Assembly: GCA_045651205.1 (NCBI GenBank)
Contig: JAZRSA010000050.1
Span: 29,723 to 93,722 of the forward strand
Source: Clostridia bacterium
Lineage (GTDB): Bacteria > Bacillota > Clostridia > TANB77 > CAG-465
Length of the DNA stretch: 64,000 nucleotides
Direction of reading: 5' to 3'
In this document: in pieces, positions 1 through 9,594 of the stretch
How positions within the stretch are numbered: position 1 is the stretch's first letter
Layout of the letters: the number at the start of each line of letters is the position of its first letter
Notes under the pieces: generated by a model
The model's database searches: none
Told to the model about the DNA's origin: nothing
What the model saw: only the letters and a program-made list of their open reading frames with translations
Translations under genes and position numbers: made by a program

Positions 1-484
1 ACCAAGTTATATCTCCCTTTATATTACTTGATGTTACTGTAATATTTTTAGTAATAGGTCCATTTGTAACATCCCCAGTCAATGTGGTTGGTGCTATTGC
101 TAAAGTCGCATCAGATGTTCCTAATGAAATTACCAAATTAGATTCTCCATCTTGCATTATATTTACTACATATCCAGTTTTTGTAGTTACTGTTTTACTA
201 TAATCTGGATTTATTATTTCATTTAGTTCTATAATTCCTTTGTTTTTCAATTCCGCAATATAACTATCTACCGTTATCTCGCCAAAACTTCTACCTAACA
301 GTTGATTCTTTACTGTTATTAATCTAGTATATTCACTTTCATAATTTGTATCACTTACTACATTTTTTGAACGTCCTATTATTCCACTATCTTCTAATGC
401 AATTATTACTGCCGCTGCAAGTATTGCCATTACAAGTATAGTTATACTCAGAACTATCATTGAAATTCCTTGTTTCTTATTCAT
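1..484 (-). CDS. Pilin-like N-terminal domain protein, paralogue A. Partial: the C-terminus lies beyond the window start.
   Basis: Reverse translation from ATG (complement of 482-484) gives MNKKQGISMIVLSITILVMAILAAAVIIALEDSGIIGRSKN.... This is near-identical to the N-terminus of the 46594..47940 protein. RBS AAGAGGTAG lies upstream. The ORF runs off the window edge. Confidence 0.6.
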   Translation of the reverse strand, partial: MNKKQGISMIVLSITILVMAILAAAVIIALEDSGIIGRSKNVVSDTNYESEYTRLITVKNQLLGRSFGEITVDSYIAELKNKGIIELNEIINPDYSKTVTTKTGYVVNIMQDGESNLVISLGTSDATLAIAPTTLTGDVTNGPITKNITVTSSNIKGDITW

Positions 485-505
485 ATATCTACCTCTTAAA
501 ATATT

Positions 506-536
506 ATAAGATTAGTTTATATCAAACTAATCTTAT
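506..536. terminator. Perfect 13-bp stem hairpin (ataagattagttt / aaactaatcttat) between the thioesterase stop and the pilin-like gene start. Weak U-tract, so it may be a terminator or a regulatory hairpin.
   Basis: Inverted repeat read directly from the sequence. Confidence 0.4.
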
Positions 537-556
537 AGTCAATTAATACTTAATAT

Positions 557-1279
557 TTATATCATTTCAATTAATGCATGTACCGTTTTATCGTCTTCGC
601 TTGTTATTACTATAATATGCTTATCATCTACATTTGCATATTTACATTTTACTATTTCGCCTAATTTTATTTCTTTTTTATATGTTATTCTAACATCGTT
701 AAATAGTCTTTTTTCATATACTTCATCTGGTAAAACTTCATACGCTAAATCTAAATAATAAAGATTATGCATATGCCCTATGAAATCTATATCTTTTCTT
801 CTTACAGTATACAATATTTCGTTTGTATATGTTTCAGGAATTTTTATTTTTTCTAATTCTTCTTCAAACACTCTATTTTCTGGTTCAGATTGATACTTAG
901 ATATCATTTCTTCATCTGGTTTTACTATGCTTCCTTTTTCTGTATTTATTAACAACCATTTAGATGTTCCAATTACACAAAGTTCGCCTTTAGAATTATA
1001 CATTTTGAAATCTCTACTTGCATAGTATTTTTCTATACTTGCAGACCAAGTATCTATTGTTAGTTCTTCACCATATTCTATTCTTTTTATAGATTTTATT
1101 TTCCATTCTAAAAGTATCCAAGATAAATGTGTTTCATTGCTATTATTTAATCCATAACCAAGGCTATCTGAATGATGTCCTGCTATGTTTTCAAAAAATT
1201 TAAGAATAGCTTTATTACCCAAAATATTGTCTTTTTCTATATCTTTTAATCCAATTTTAACCGTTTCCTTAAATATCAT
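557..1279 (-). CDS. Acyl-[acyl-carrier-protein] thioesterase (double hot-dog fold, FatA/B-like)
   Basis: 240 aa with two hot-dog-like halves. Motifs NIAGHHSDSLGY and IGHMHNLYYLDLAYE resemble the acyl-ACP thioesterase family. Lies downstream of fmt. Confidence 0.6.
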   Translation of the reverse strand: MIFKETVKIGLKDIEKDNILGNKAILKFFENIAGHHSDSLGYGLNNSNETHLSWILLEWKIKSIKRIEYGEELTIDTWSASIEKYYASRDFKMYNSKGELCVIGTSKWLLINTEKGSIVKPDEEMISKYQSEPENRVFEEELEKIKIPETYTNEILYTVRRKDIDFIGHMHNLYYLDLAYEVLPDEVYEKRLFNDVRITYKKEIKLGEIVKCKYANVDDKHIIVITSEDDKTVHALIEMI

Positions 1280-2244
1280 ATGAATAGTTCTCCTGTTTGT
1301 ATTTTACCACCACGGATGTAATCTCCGCAGTTCATAAGTTTAGAACCAGCTGGTTTTATTTCCTTTAAGTTAATAAATCCATCATTACACTTTACTGCTA
1401 GTATGTTCTTTTTATCGTTTAGATATACAACTTCTCCACATTTTGCAGCACTATAATCTTCTTCTAATTCCACTCTTTCAGCAAGATATATCTTGTATGT
1501 TTTTTCTTCATCTATTAAACACCAAGCCGATGGAAATGGATTTGTTCCTCTAATTAAATTTACAAGTGTGTCTACATCTTTTGTAAAATCTAATTTTGTA
1601 TTATCTTTTTCTAACATTGGAGCCATTGTACATTCATCTGGTTGAACAGTGCTTTCAAGCACTCCATCATTTGCTAGTAATCTTTCTAAATCTTTTACAA
1701 GTGTGTTTGCGCCTAAAACCATCAATTTATCATGGAGTGTGCCATATGTATCTAACGGCTCTATTTCTACTTCTGCTTTAGTTATCATATTACCTGTATC
1801 CATACCTTCATCCATAAACATAGTAGTTACACCTGTAACTTTATCTCCATTTATTACAGACCATTGTATAGGAGCTGCTCCTCTATAGTTTGGAAGTAAT
1901 GAGCCATGTACATTTATGCATCCAAATCTAGGGAAGTCTAATACATACTTAGGAAGTATTTTTCCATATGCGACAACTACTATTAAATCCGGATTTAATG
2001 TATTTAACATCTCTTTTACTTCTTCATTATTTCTTAATTTAACTGGTTGATATACAGGTATATTATGTGACTCAGCATATTCCTTTACAGGAGGAGCCAT
2101 AAGCTTCATACCTCTGCCCTTTGGTTTATCTGGTTGGCAGAATACTCCTACAACATTAAAAGCGTTATCTACTAACGCTTCTAAACTTCCTTTTGCATAA
2201 TCCGGAGTACCCATAAATACTATTCTTAAATCTTGTTTTAACAT
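1276..2244 (-). CDS. fmt: Methionyl-tRNA formyltransferase
   Basis: N-terminal IVFMGTPDYA and the formyltransferase core (HGSLLPNYRGAAPIQW). Conserved priA-def-fmt gene order. Confidence 0.9.
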   Translation of the reverse strand: MLKQDLRIVFMGTPDYAKGSLEALVDNAFNVVGVFCQPDKPKGRGMKLMAPPVKEYAESHNIPVYQPVKLRNNEEVKEMLNTLNPDLIVVVAYGKILPKYVLDFPRFGCINVHGSLLPNYRGAAPIQWSVINGDKVTGVTTMFMDEGMDTGNMITKAEVEIEPLDTYGTLHDKLMVLGANTLVKDLERLLANDGVLESTVQPDECTMAPMLEKDNTKLDFTKDVDTLVNLIRGTNPFPSAWCLIDEEKTYKIYLAERVELEEDYSAAKCGEVVYLNDKKNILAVKCNDGFINLKEIKPAGSKLMNCGDYIRGGKIQTGELFI

Positions 2245-2256
2245 TTATGTTATATC

Positions 2257-2808
2257 CTACTTTCTTTTACATTTTTTATTTTTCTTGTTTGCCTTTTCTT
2301 GTTCTTTTCTTTCTAATTCTTCGGCTTCACGTTTTGCTGCTTCTATTTCTTCATCGCTTAATTTATATACATCATAAGCTTTGTCTAAGAAAAGCACGCC
2401 ATCTAAGTGATCAATCTCGTGGCAAAGAATGACAGCCTCTAAATCTTCTGCTTTTATTGTTTGTTTCTTGCCATCTATATCAAAATACTCAACTGTAACA
2501 GTTTTAGGTCTATCTACATTTCCAAATACATTTGGTGAACTTAGACAGCCTTCTTCACCAGTTTGTGAACCAGATTTTTTAGTAATAACTGGGTTAATTA
2601 ACACTCTTGGTCCTGTTCCTGGATCTATTACAATTATTCTTTTAAGTATTCCTACTTGTGGCGCAGCAAGTCCAACACCATCATATTTATACATAGTATC
2701 TATCATATCTAGTGCTAACTCACGTATTTTATTGTCTATTTCTTCTATTTCTCTAGAGCGTTTTCTTAAAACTTCATCTGTATCATATCTAACATTTCTA
2801 ATTGCCAT
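2257..2808 (-). CDS. def: Peptide deformylase with a Lys-rich C-terminal tail
   Basis: Motifs GVGLAAPQVG, EGCLS and HEIDHLDG. Unusual C-terminal extension ...ERKEQEKANKKNKKCKRK. Confidence 0.9.
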   Translation of the reverse strand: MAIRNVRYDTDEVLRKRSREIEEIDNKIRELALDMIDTMYKYDGVGLAAPQVGILKRIIVIDPGTGPRVLINPVITKKSGSQTGEEGCLSSPNVFGNVDRPKTVTVEYFDIDGKKQTIKAEDLEAVILCHEIDHLDGVLFLDKAYDVYKLSDEEIEAAKREAEELERKEQEKANKKNKKCKRK

Positions 2809-2833
2809 ATTTTATTCCTTCTATTCTTTTTAT

Positions 2834-5083
2834 TTATCCAAGTCTTACAGGGTTCTTTACAACTGATGCTGTAACACTTACATCTTTAATTTTATCATAA
2901 ATATCCATATTTTCAATGAGTTTGTCTAAAACTTTGTTATCTACTTTAGTTTTAATTATCATTTGTATTCTATATTTGTTATTTATTTTACTTACAAAAG
3001 GAGCTTTAGGAGAATATACTTTATACAAATTCTTCTCTTTGTTAAATATATTATATATTTTTTCACTATCCTTCATAAGCTTTGCTTTATCCTTAGATGT
3101 TAGTTCTACTACGACTATATCTACAAACGGTGGATATCCCGCCATCTGTCTAAATTTAATTTCTTGTTCGTAAAAATCTAAATATGAGTTTTCACTTACA
3201 GAACTTAAGATATAGTTTTCTGTATCGTAAGCTTGAAGAATAACTCTACCTTTTTTGTCTCCACGACCAGCACGTCCTGCTACTTGAAGCAGATTAGAAA
3301 AAGCTTTTTCTGAAACAGTATAATCATCTCCTGCCATATAGTCTGCATTAACTACACCTACAAGTGTAACATTTGCTATGTCATGGCCCTTGCTTATCAT
3401 CTGAGTACCAACAAGAACATCTACATTCTTATCCTTGAACTCATTTAATATTCTTTCGTGCGAACCTCTCTTTACAGTTGTGTCCATATCTAATCTTAAT
3501 GTAGTTATTCCTGGGAATGTTTCTAAAAGTTCTTTTTCGACTCTTTCAGTTCCCATTCCACCTTCTTCTAAAGTGTCTGCTGAACATATTGGACAAACAT
3601 CACTTAACTTTTCACAATACGAACAATAGTGACAAAGCAGCAGTCCATTCTTTCTATGGTATGTTAAATTAACATCACAATTAGGACATCTGAGTGTCTT
3701 TCCACATGTTTTACAAGTTATGTATGAAGAAAAGCCACGTCTATTTAAGAATACAAAAGCTTGCTCTTTCCTTTTTAAATTTTCTTCAATTTCCTCTTTA
3801 AGTCTTGTAGATAATATTCTAGATTTGTTTATAACTGCATCTTGTTTCATATCTACAATCTCTACTTCTGGCACTACACTTGTACCAGGTCTTGTTAGCA
3901 TAGAATAATAGTCTATCTTTTCTTCCATAGCTTTATACATCGTACATACATCTGGAGTTGCTGAACCTAATACAAGATTTGCATTATTTAGATATGCAAG
4001 TCTTGTTGCAACCTCGCGTGTATTATATTTTGGTGTAGTCTGTGATATATAGCTTGAATCGTGTTCTTCGTCTATTATTATTAATCCTAAATTCTTAAAT
4101 GGTACAAACAGTGCTGATCTTGGCCCTATTACTATTTTTGCTTTACCATTTACAATTCTTTTATATTCTGTTTGTCTTTCTAAAGCAGTCATTTTACTAT
4201 GAAGTACTGAAACTACTTCTCCAAAACGAGATATAAATCTACGTTTTGTTTGGTCTGTTAAAGATATTTCAGGTACAAGTACTATTGCATCTTTTCCTCT
4301 GTTTAAACACTCTTCAATTATTTGCAAATATACTTCTGTTTTGCCACTACCTGTAATACCATGTATTAAAGATACTTTGAAAGTTTCTAGATTTCTAATT
4401 ATTCCATCAATAGTTCTTTTTTGTTCTCTTGTTGGAATTAGTTTTTCTGTTCTTGCTATTTTAGAATAATCTTCAATTGTAGTATCTTGTTTTATAAGTT
4501 TTATATATCCTTTTTCTTGTACCGTTTTAATTATATTTCTAAAAATACCAAGTGTATTAATTATATCTTCTATTGGTATATTGTTGTTTTCTTCAAGTTC
4601 TCTTAATAGCTTAATATGTCTTGCGCTTGTTATCTTTTTACATTCTATATCTTGTTCTATTTCTTCTTTAGTTCTATCTAATGTTACAACTGTTATTTGC
4701 TTACCCACTAATTCTTTTTGTTCTAACTTTTTATTTGGCGTTGGTGGTAACATTAATTTAAATGCCGTATATACGTTACAAAAGTACATTTTAGACATCC
4801 ATTTAGCAAGGCTAAGTCTTTTCTCATCTAAATAGCTATTTTCATCTAAAATCTCTTCTATACATTTTAATTTATCTAGCTTGTCCGATTCTTCATCTTT
4901 TAATATTTTAACAATTATGCCTTCACGGCTACTTCCTTTTCCACTTCCAAAATTTACTCTTACTCTTTTTCCAATCTCTACATCTTGTTCGTGTTCAGAC
5001 TTAATTTTGTAATCATAAACCTTATTAAGTTTATGTACCGCATTATCTATTAAAATTTTAACTACCACCAAATCACCTCCCAA
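2834..5083 (-). CDS. priA: Primosomal protein N' (replication restart helicase)
   Basis: 749 aa. Walker A GITGSGKT, DEEH box (IIIDEEHD). Cys-rich zinc-binding region CKTCGKTLRCPNCDVNLTYHRKNGLLLCHYCSYCEKLSDVCPIC. Confidence 0.92.
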   Translation of the reverse strand: MGGDLVVVKILIDNAVHKLNKVYDYKIKSEHEQDVEIGKRVRVNFGSGKGSSREGIIVKILKDEESDKLDKLKCIEEILDENSYLDEKRLSLAKWMSKMYFCNVYTAFKLMLPPTPNKKLEQKELVGKQITVVTLDRTKEEIEQDIECKKITSARHIKLLRELEENNNIPIEDIINTLGIFRNIIKTVQEKGYIKLIKQDTTIEDYSKIARTEKLIPTREQKRTIDGIIRNLETFKVSLIHGITGSGKTEVYLQIIEECLNRGKDAIVLVPEISLTDQTKRRFISRFGEVVSVLHSKMTALERQTEYKRIVNGKAKIVIGPRSALFVPFKNLGLIIIDEEHDSSYISQTTPKYNTREVATRLAYLNNANLVLGSATPDVCTMYKAMEEKIDYYSMLTRPGTSVVPEVEIVDMKQDAVINKSRILSTRLKEEIEENLKRKEQAFVFLNRRGFSSYITCKTCGKTLRCPNCDVNLTYHRKNGLLLCHYCSYCEKLSDVCPICSADTLEEGGMGTERVEKELLETFPGITTLRLDMDTTVKRGSHERILNEFKDKNVDVLVGTQMISKGHDIANVTLVGVVNADYMAGDDYTVSEKAFSNLLQVAGRAGRGDKKGRVILQAYDTENYILSSVSENSYLDFYEQEIKFRQMAGYPPFVDIVVVELTSKDKAKLMKDSEKIYNIFNKEKNLYKVYSPKAPFVSKINNKYRIQMIIKTKVDNKVLDKLIENMDIYDKIKDVSVTASVVKNPVRLG

Positions 5084-5099
5084 CTATGACAAAAGAGGG

Positions 5100-5660
5100 T
5101 TATCTACCCTCCCACTTGCCATATTCTTCAATTATTCTATTTGCTGCTTCTTCTGGAGTTAAATCTGACGTATCTATTACATAATCATAATTATCTAGAT
5201 CATGTATGTCTACATCATATAACTCTAAATATCTTTGTTTTTCCGACTCTTCACGAGCAAGTATTGCATCGTGAGCATCTTCTATAGATTCATACTTTTC
5301 TTCTTTTCCTCTGCTTTTAGAAGCCTCGAAAAGTCTTTTACTTGCAACATCTAGCGTAGATGTCATGTATACTTTAAATGCGTTAGGCGCAATATAGAAA
5401 CCAAGTCTTGCATCAATTATAATTTTATTGCTAGTTTCAACTTTAGCTTTTGTATTAAGCTCTACTTGTTTATCTATATCTGGATTTTTGTCTACATAGC
5501 GACTAAATTCCACTAAACTCATATTTTTTTGTCTAGCAAGTTCTCTAAATGATGTACTTGCTTTATAAAGTTCAAATCCTAGTTTATTTGCAACTATTTT
5601 TGCAACCTCAGTTTTCCCAACAGCTATATTTCCTGTTATACATATCATCTGTTTTTTCAT
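5100..5660 (-). CDS. P-loop NTPase, cytidylate-kinase-like family. Not guanylate kinase.
   Basis: N-terminal ICITGNIAVGKTEV (Walker A). Size and overall composition resemble cytidylate-kinase-like (AAA_18/Cytidylate_kin2) proteins. Sits between rpoZ and priA, where gmk/coaBC are usually found. Confidence 0.5.
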   Translation of the reverse strand: MKKQMICITGNIAVGKTEVAKIVANKLGFELYKASTSFRELARQKNMSLVEFSRYVDKNPDIDKQVELNTKAKVETSNKIIIDARLGFYIAPNAFKVYMTSTLDVASKRLFEASKSRGKEEKYESIEDAHDAILAREESEKQRYLELYDVDIHDLDNYDYVIDTSDLTPEEAANRIIEEYGKWEGR

Positions 5661-5674
5661 ATATTTTCCTCTTA

Positions 5675-5914
5675 TTATTCAACAACATCCTCTATTATTA
5701 CGTCTGCTATTTGTTCTTGTTCGTTCATCGCTACAGTTACTTTTCCTGCATCAATTTCTTTAGTAGCTACATCTACTGGATCAGATATATCTGGATCTCC
5801 TTCTTCTACTCTTTTATTAGAAATTTGTCTTGCTCTTTTAGCAACTGCAAGTGCCACTTCGTATCTAGTTCCTACTTTTGGCATTACATCGTTTACGCTT
5901 GGTTTTGCTAACAT
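5675..5914 (-). CDS. rpoZ: DNA-directed RNA polymerase subunit omega
   Basis: 79 aa. The RYEVALAVAKRARQI motif is typical of RpoZ. Confidence 0.85.
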   Translation of the reverse strand: MLAKPSVNDVMPKVGTRYEVALAVAKRARQISNKRVEEGDPDISDPVDVATKEIDAGKVTVAMNEQEQIADVIIEDVVE

Positions 5915-6099
5915 TGTTATTCCTCCTAAATCAATACTACAAATATTTTAACATACCCTATATATTTTTGCAATAATTTCTAGTTAAATACAACATATAA
6001 AAATATTTGTTTAAAACAAACTAACTATTGTTTTTTTATTTTGTTTATTATACAATTTATGTGTAAGATTATATATTTTATATTATACGGAGGATAAAA

Positions 6100-7827
6100 A
6101 TGGGTTATTCAAATTTGGAACACTTTAAAGAAACACTTAATGCTTCAGATTATTTTGTTGGCATAACCGAATCGTTAATAGATAAATTATTAGAATATGA
6201 ATATATTTCATCATTTAAATTATCTCATTATTTACGCAAACTAACAGATAATATTGCAGAATTAAGAATAGATACAAATAATCCTTATGAATACAAAACA
6301 GGATACTATGACGCAAACAAAAAAGAAATGTACATAAAAAGCACTAGAAATGTTTCTGCTACATATCTTCGTTTGTTATATGCGCTAACAACAACAGAAG
6401 TAGATAATAATGTATATGAATCAGGATATGCAACAACAAAACTATCTACAGAAAATTATAAACTATGTCATTATAATTTTGGTATAAACCGTGCTATAAT
6501 GTCTAATTTAGTATATAAACTTTGTAACTTATTACCTTCTTCTATACAAATATCAGAAATGCAACAAACAAGCACTCATAACTTTTTAGGCTTTAAAATA
6601 GAATCACAAAACGATATGTATTTCTTAGAAGGCAAAATTTTAAGTGAATTGTGTTATGTTTTAGATTTAGATCCAGAACTATTATATCGCGGACTATTTA
6701 CTAGACATCCAATGAAAGTTTTAAATAGAGCTTTTAGAAAGAAAAAATTCAAACGTTCTGACGATTTTCTAATTGTATTAGATGGCATTAGTAGAAAATA
6801 TTCTACATATAACAAACTTGTATTCTTATCTCAAAAACTAAACGAAAACTATGTAGAATACAAGAAAAATGTCTTAACAAGCGACGTTAATGATATAAAC
6901 AATGAGAAAGCTTTAATAGAACAAGAAATCGCAGATGTTTTAGCTAAATTCAAAAGGGATACTACCCCTAAAGAAATTGTTGAATCTGACGATGAAGCAA
7001 TTATTGAAGAAGATTTAGATGAAGTTCTAGACTATACTTCTAGCCTAGCTGAAACAATTCAAAAATTATATGATGATTTAAGAGAACAAATTATATATAT
7101 ACAAGATATATTAGCAGAACAACTTATAGAAAGTTCTAAAAATTTATCTTATACATTATATGCTAGCAAGCTAAAATGTTTTAACAATATATTAATTGTT
7201 CCTAATAAAAGGCTTTCAGATAAAATCGAAGAAATTATAACATTTAAGCTTATGCCAGAATCTGAAGTTACTGGTAGCAACCTAATAGATAAAATCAAAT
7301 ATGCTCTAATCGAACAAATACTTGCAGAAAAAGATTATTCGGATATCTCTAATACCTTCTCTTTCTACAATATAGATTCATTAGAAAACGCGGAAAACGG
7401 TTCTTGTTTAATTATATTAAATTATTCTAAACCGCCATCTAAAATATTAGAAGTTTCTGGTTTAGACGAATCAGGTCATAATTATACAATTACACCTATT
7501 CCTTTAGACAATTTAAGTCATATTATGAATACTGGTTATTCCACATTCTTTGTTGGTAACATTGAAAAACTATATACAGATTTAAAGAATAATTTTAAAA
7601 AGTTTTCTAATGTTCCATTAGACCAAATATATGTTTTTGAATATAACTCTAAAAAATATTTATTGTTACAAACAAACGGAATACCACATATAGTTGCTTT
7701 CTCTACACAAGAAGTACGCAACTTTGGCATTCAACCGTTATCTGAAAAATATAAAGTATTTGGCAAATCTGTTGTTAAGACTAAAAGCAAATCAACAACA
7801 ACTCTACCTACTTTATATAAAAAATAA
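6100..7827 (+). CDS. Hypothetical 575-aa soluble protein. No recognisable domain.
   Basis: Long ORF with RBS GGAGGA 6 nt upstream of the ATG. Host-like AT-rich codon usage. No TM segments, no Walker motif. Ends at a bidirectional terminator. Confidence 0.6.
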   Translation: MGYSNLEHFKETLNASDYFVGITESLIDKLLEYEYISSFKLSHYLRKLTDNIAELRIDTNNPYEYKTGYYDANKKEMYIKSTRNVSATYLRLLYALTTTEVDNNVYESGYATTKLSTENYKLCHYNFGINRAIMSNLVYKLCNLLPSSIQISEMQQTSTHNFLGFKIESQNDMYFLEGKILSELCYVLDLDPELLYRGLFTRHPMKVLNRAFRKKKFKRSDDFLIVLDGISRKYSTYNKLVFLSQKLNENYVEYKKNVLTSDVNDINNEKALIEQEIADVLAKFKRDTTPKEIVESDDEAIIEEDLDEVLDYTSSLAETIQKLYDDLREQIIYIQDILAEQLIESSKNLSYTLYASKLKCFNNILIVPNKRLSDKIEEIITFKLMPESEVTGSNLIDKIKYALIEQILAEKDYSDISNTFSFYNIDSLENAENGSCLIILNYSKPPSKILEVSGLDESGHNYTITPIPLDNLSHIMNTGYSTFFVGNIEKLYTDLKNNFKKFSNVPLDQIYVFEYNSKKYLLLQTNGIPHIVAFSTQEVRNFGIQPLSEKYKVFGKSVVKTKSKSTTTLPTLYKK

Positions 7828-7835
7828 TAAAAGCA

Positions 7836-7861
7836 AAGAAGAGCGAAATATCGCTCTTCTT
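7836..7861. terminator. Bidirectional rho-independent terminator shared by convergent genes
   Basis: 11-bp stem aagaagagcga / tcgctcttctt with loop aata. T-runs on both strands. Confidence 0.7.
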
Positions 7862-7872
7862 TATTTGTGTAT

Positions 7873-8613
7873 TTAAATTGCTGCACACATTATCACTGTG
7901 TCTCGGCAGATTTTTTTGATGATACATTTTACATCATTGTAATAAACAGTATCACCATTTGCTACGACCGTTCCTTCGGGTCTTGGGATTTTTCTTTTGC
8001 CTCTGTTGTCATATACAGAAACATGTTTGTCAAATGCTAGCACACACTGCTTGCCCACCATTTTTGCAGGCAATTCAATGTCTTCTTTCTTATCTTCGAC
8101 TTCGTTGTTAATCGGAACTATTACAGGTCCATCATTAGTTTTAGATGCTAACCCTTTAATATGTTCGTCGATTTCAGCATATGCTGCAACTCTTGCTCTT
8201 GCTACAGGAAAAAGTTCTGTTTCAAGTTCCTTGAGTCTTGCTTTGAAATTCTGATCTCTATCGCAGGTAACAAGGCGTACAGTGTAACCTTTATCGTGGT
8301 ACTTTTCTACCGTATATACGACTTGTTCATCAACTGCCCAGCTACGAATTTCATTCGTTGCAACCTCTACGCGAAGTCTTGGATTTCGGACATTACCTTC
8401 AATGAACTTATAAATTTCTTTACAGTTTTCATTGTTTCTTCTGCCCACACTTATCTCGTGGCTCACTCCTTCCGGTATAATGAGGGTTACATCACCCTGC
8501 TGTAAGGTTTGCTTAAAAAGTTCAAAGTGGTTGCTAAGTGCAGACGTATCCCACACTTCATACTTACCTGCCCGTCTTCTGAACAGACTTAAAATAAATC
8601 TAATAGCTGCCAT
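7873..8613 (-). CDS. PIN-domain (putative ribonuclease) protein with a ~110-aa C-terminal extension. Atypical higher GC.
   Basis: N-terminal YEVWDTSAL, then LIIPEGVSHEI and LVTCDRDQNF, place Asp/Glu/Asp in the order of the PIN catalytic residues. Local G+C is visibly higher than the flanks. Confidence 0.5.
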   Translation of the reverse strand: MAAIRFILSLFRRRAGKYEVWDTSALSNHFELFKQTLQQGDVTLIIPEGVSHEISVGRRNNENCKEIYKFIEGNVRNPRLRVEVATNEIRSWAVDEQVVYTVEKYHDKGYTVRLVTCDRDQNFKARLKELETELFPVARARVAAYAEIDEHIKGLASKTNDGPVIVPINNEVEDKKEDIELPAKMVGKQCVLAFDKHVSVYDNRGKRKIPRPEGTVVANGDTVYYNDVKCIIKKICRDTVIMCAAI

Positions 8614-8756
8614 GGTTCTTTTTTTACTCCTTTTTTTAAATTTAGTTAAATTTTAAATAAACGCACGACTACAAATATATTGTAACACTTTTATGATGTT
8701 ATGTCAAGTTTTGAGCAGCTTTTACATTGTTACTGCGTATTTTTTATTCTTTCCCG

Positions 8757-8785
8757 TTGACTTTTAATATCTTTTTTAATATAAT
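8757..8785 (+). promoter_or_regulatory. Sigma-A-type promoter (TTGACT-17-TATAAT) upstream of the ttcA-like gene
   Basis: Hexamers read directly, 17-nt spacer. Lies 16 nt upstream of the 8801 start. Confidence 0.5.
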
Positions 8786-8800
8786 TCTTTTGGTGATTTT

Positions 8801-9565
8801 ATGTTACAAAAAATAATAGGAAAAACAAAAAGAGCAATAGAAGACTTTAATATGATAGATGAAGGCGACAAAATAGCTGTAGGATTATCTGGTGGAAAAG
8901 ATAGTATCACTCTACTTTATGCTTTATATTATCTACAAAAATTTTATAAAAAACATTTCACAATAATGGCAATAACTATACATACTGGAAGTAATAATTT
9001 TGATACAACCGAACTTCAAAGAATATGCGATGAATTAGGAATTGAATACCTAGTATTTAATTCTAATATAGCTGATGTTGTATTTAACATTCGTAAAGAA
9101 GAAAATCCTTGTTCTTTATGTGCTAATATGCGTAGAGGGATGCTTAATAGTTTAGCCGTTGAGCATGGCTGTACTAAGGTAGCTTTAGGCCACCATATGG
9201 ATGATGTAATGGAAACATTTATGATGTCTCTTCTTTTAAACGGAAGAATACACACTTTCGCTCCTGTTACATATCTTAGCAGAAGTAATGTTAAAACAAT
9301 ACGTCCAATGATATATGTTGAAGAAAAACTAATACGTGCAGTAGCAAGAGAAAAGAACTTCCCTGTTCATCCGAAAACTTGTCCTGCAGATGGATTTACA
9401 AAAAGAGATTATATGTCTGATTTAATACATAATCTCCAAAAAGATATACCTAGAATAAAAGAGCATATTTTTGGAGCTATTAAACGTTCTAAAATAGAAG
9501 GTTGGGTTAAAGAACCTTTAGAAGAAAATTTAGATACTATAGATTCTGAAAACGATGAAAACTAA
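8801..9565 (+). CDS. ttcA: tRNA 2-thiocytidine biosynthesis protein TtcA-like PP-loop ATPase
   Basis: PP-loop SGGKDS, conserved CSLCANMRRG and HPKTCPADGF cysteines. Confidence 0.75.
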   Translation: MLQKIIGKTKRAIEDFNMIDEGDKIAVGLSGGKDSITLLYALYYLQKFYKKHFTIMAITIHTGSNNFDTTELQRICDELGIEYLVFNSNIADVVFNIRKEENPCSLCANMRRGMLNSLAVEHGCTKVALGHHMDDVMETFMMSLLLNGRIHTFAPVTYLSRSNVKTIRPMIYVEEKLIRAVAREKNFPVHPKTCPADGFTKRDYMSDLIHNLQKDIPRIKEHIFGAIKRSKIEGWVKEPLEENLDTIDSENDEN

Positions 9566-9566
9566 A

Positions 9567-9594
9567 AAGGAAACAAGCTTATGCTTGTTTCCTT
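9567..9594. terminator. Rho-independent terminator (12-bp stem aaggaaacaagc / gcttgtttcctt plus T-run). The stop codon of the convergent 9579..10031 ORF lies in its loop.
   Basis: Hairpin read directly, followed by TTTTTCT. Confidence 0.7.

Noticed and set aside
5549-5911. 120-aa plus-strand ORF antisense to rpoZ and the kinase gene
   Set aside because: Shadow ORF with Tyr/Phe/Leu-rich nonsense translation opposite conserved genes.
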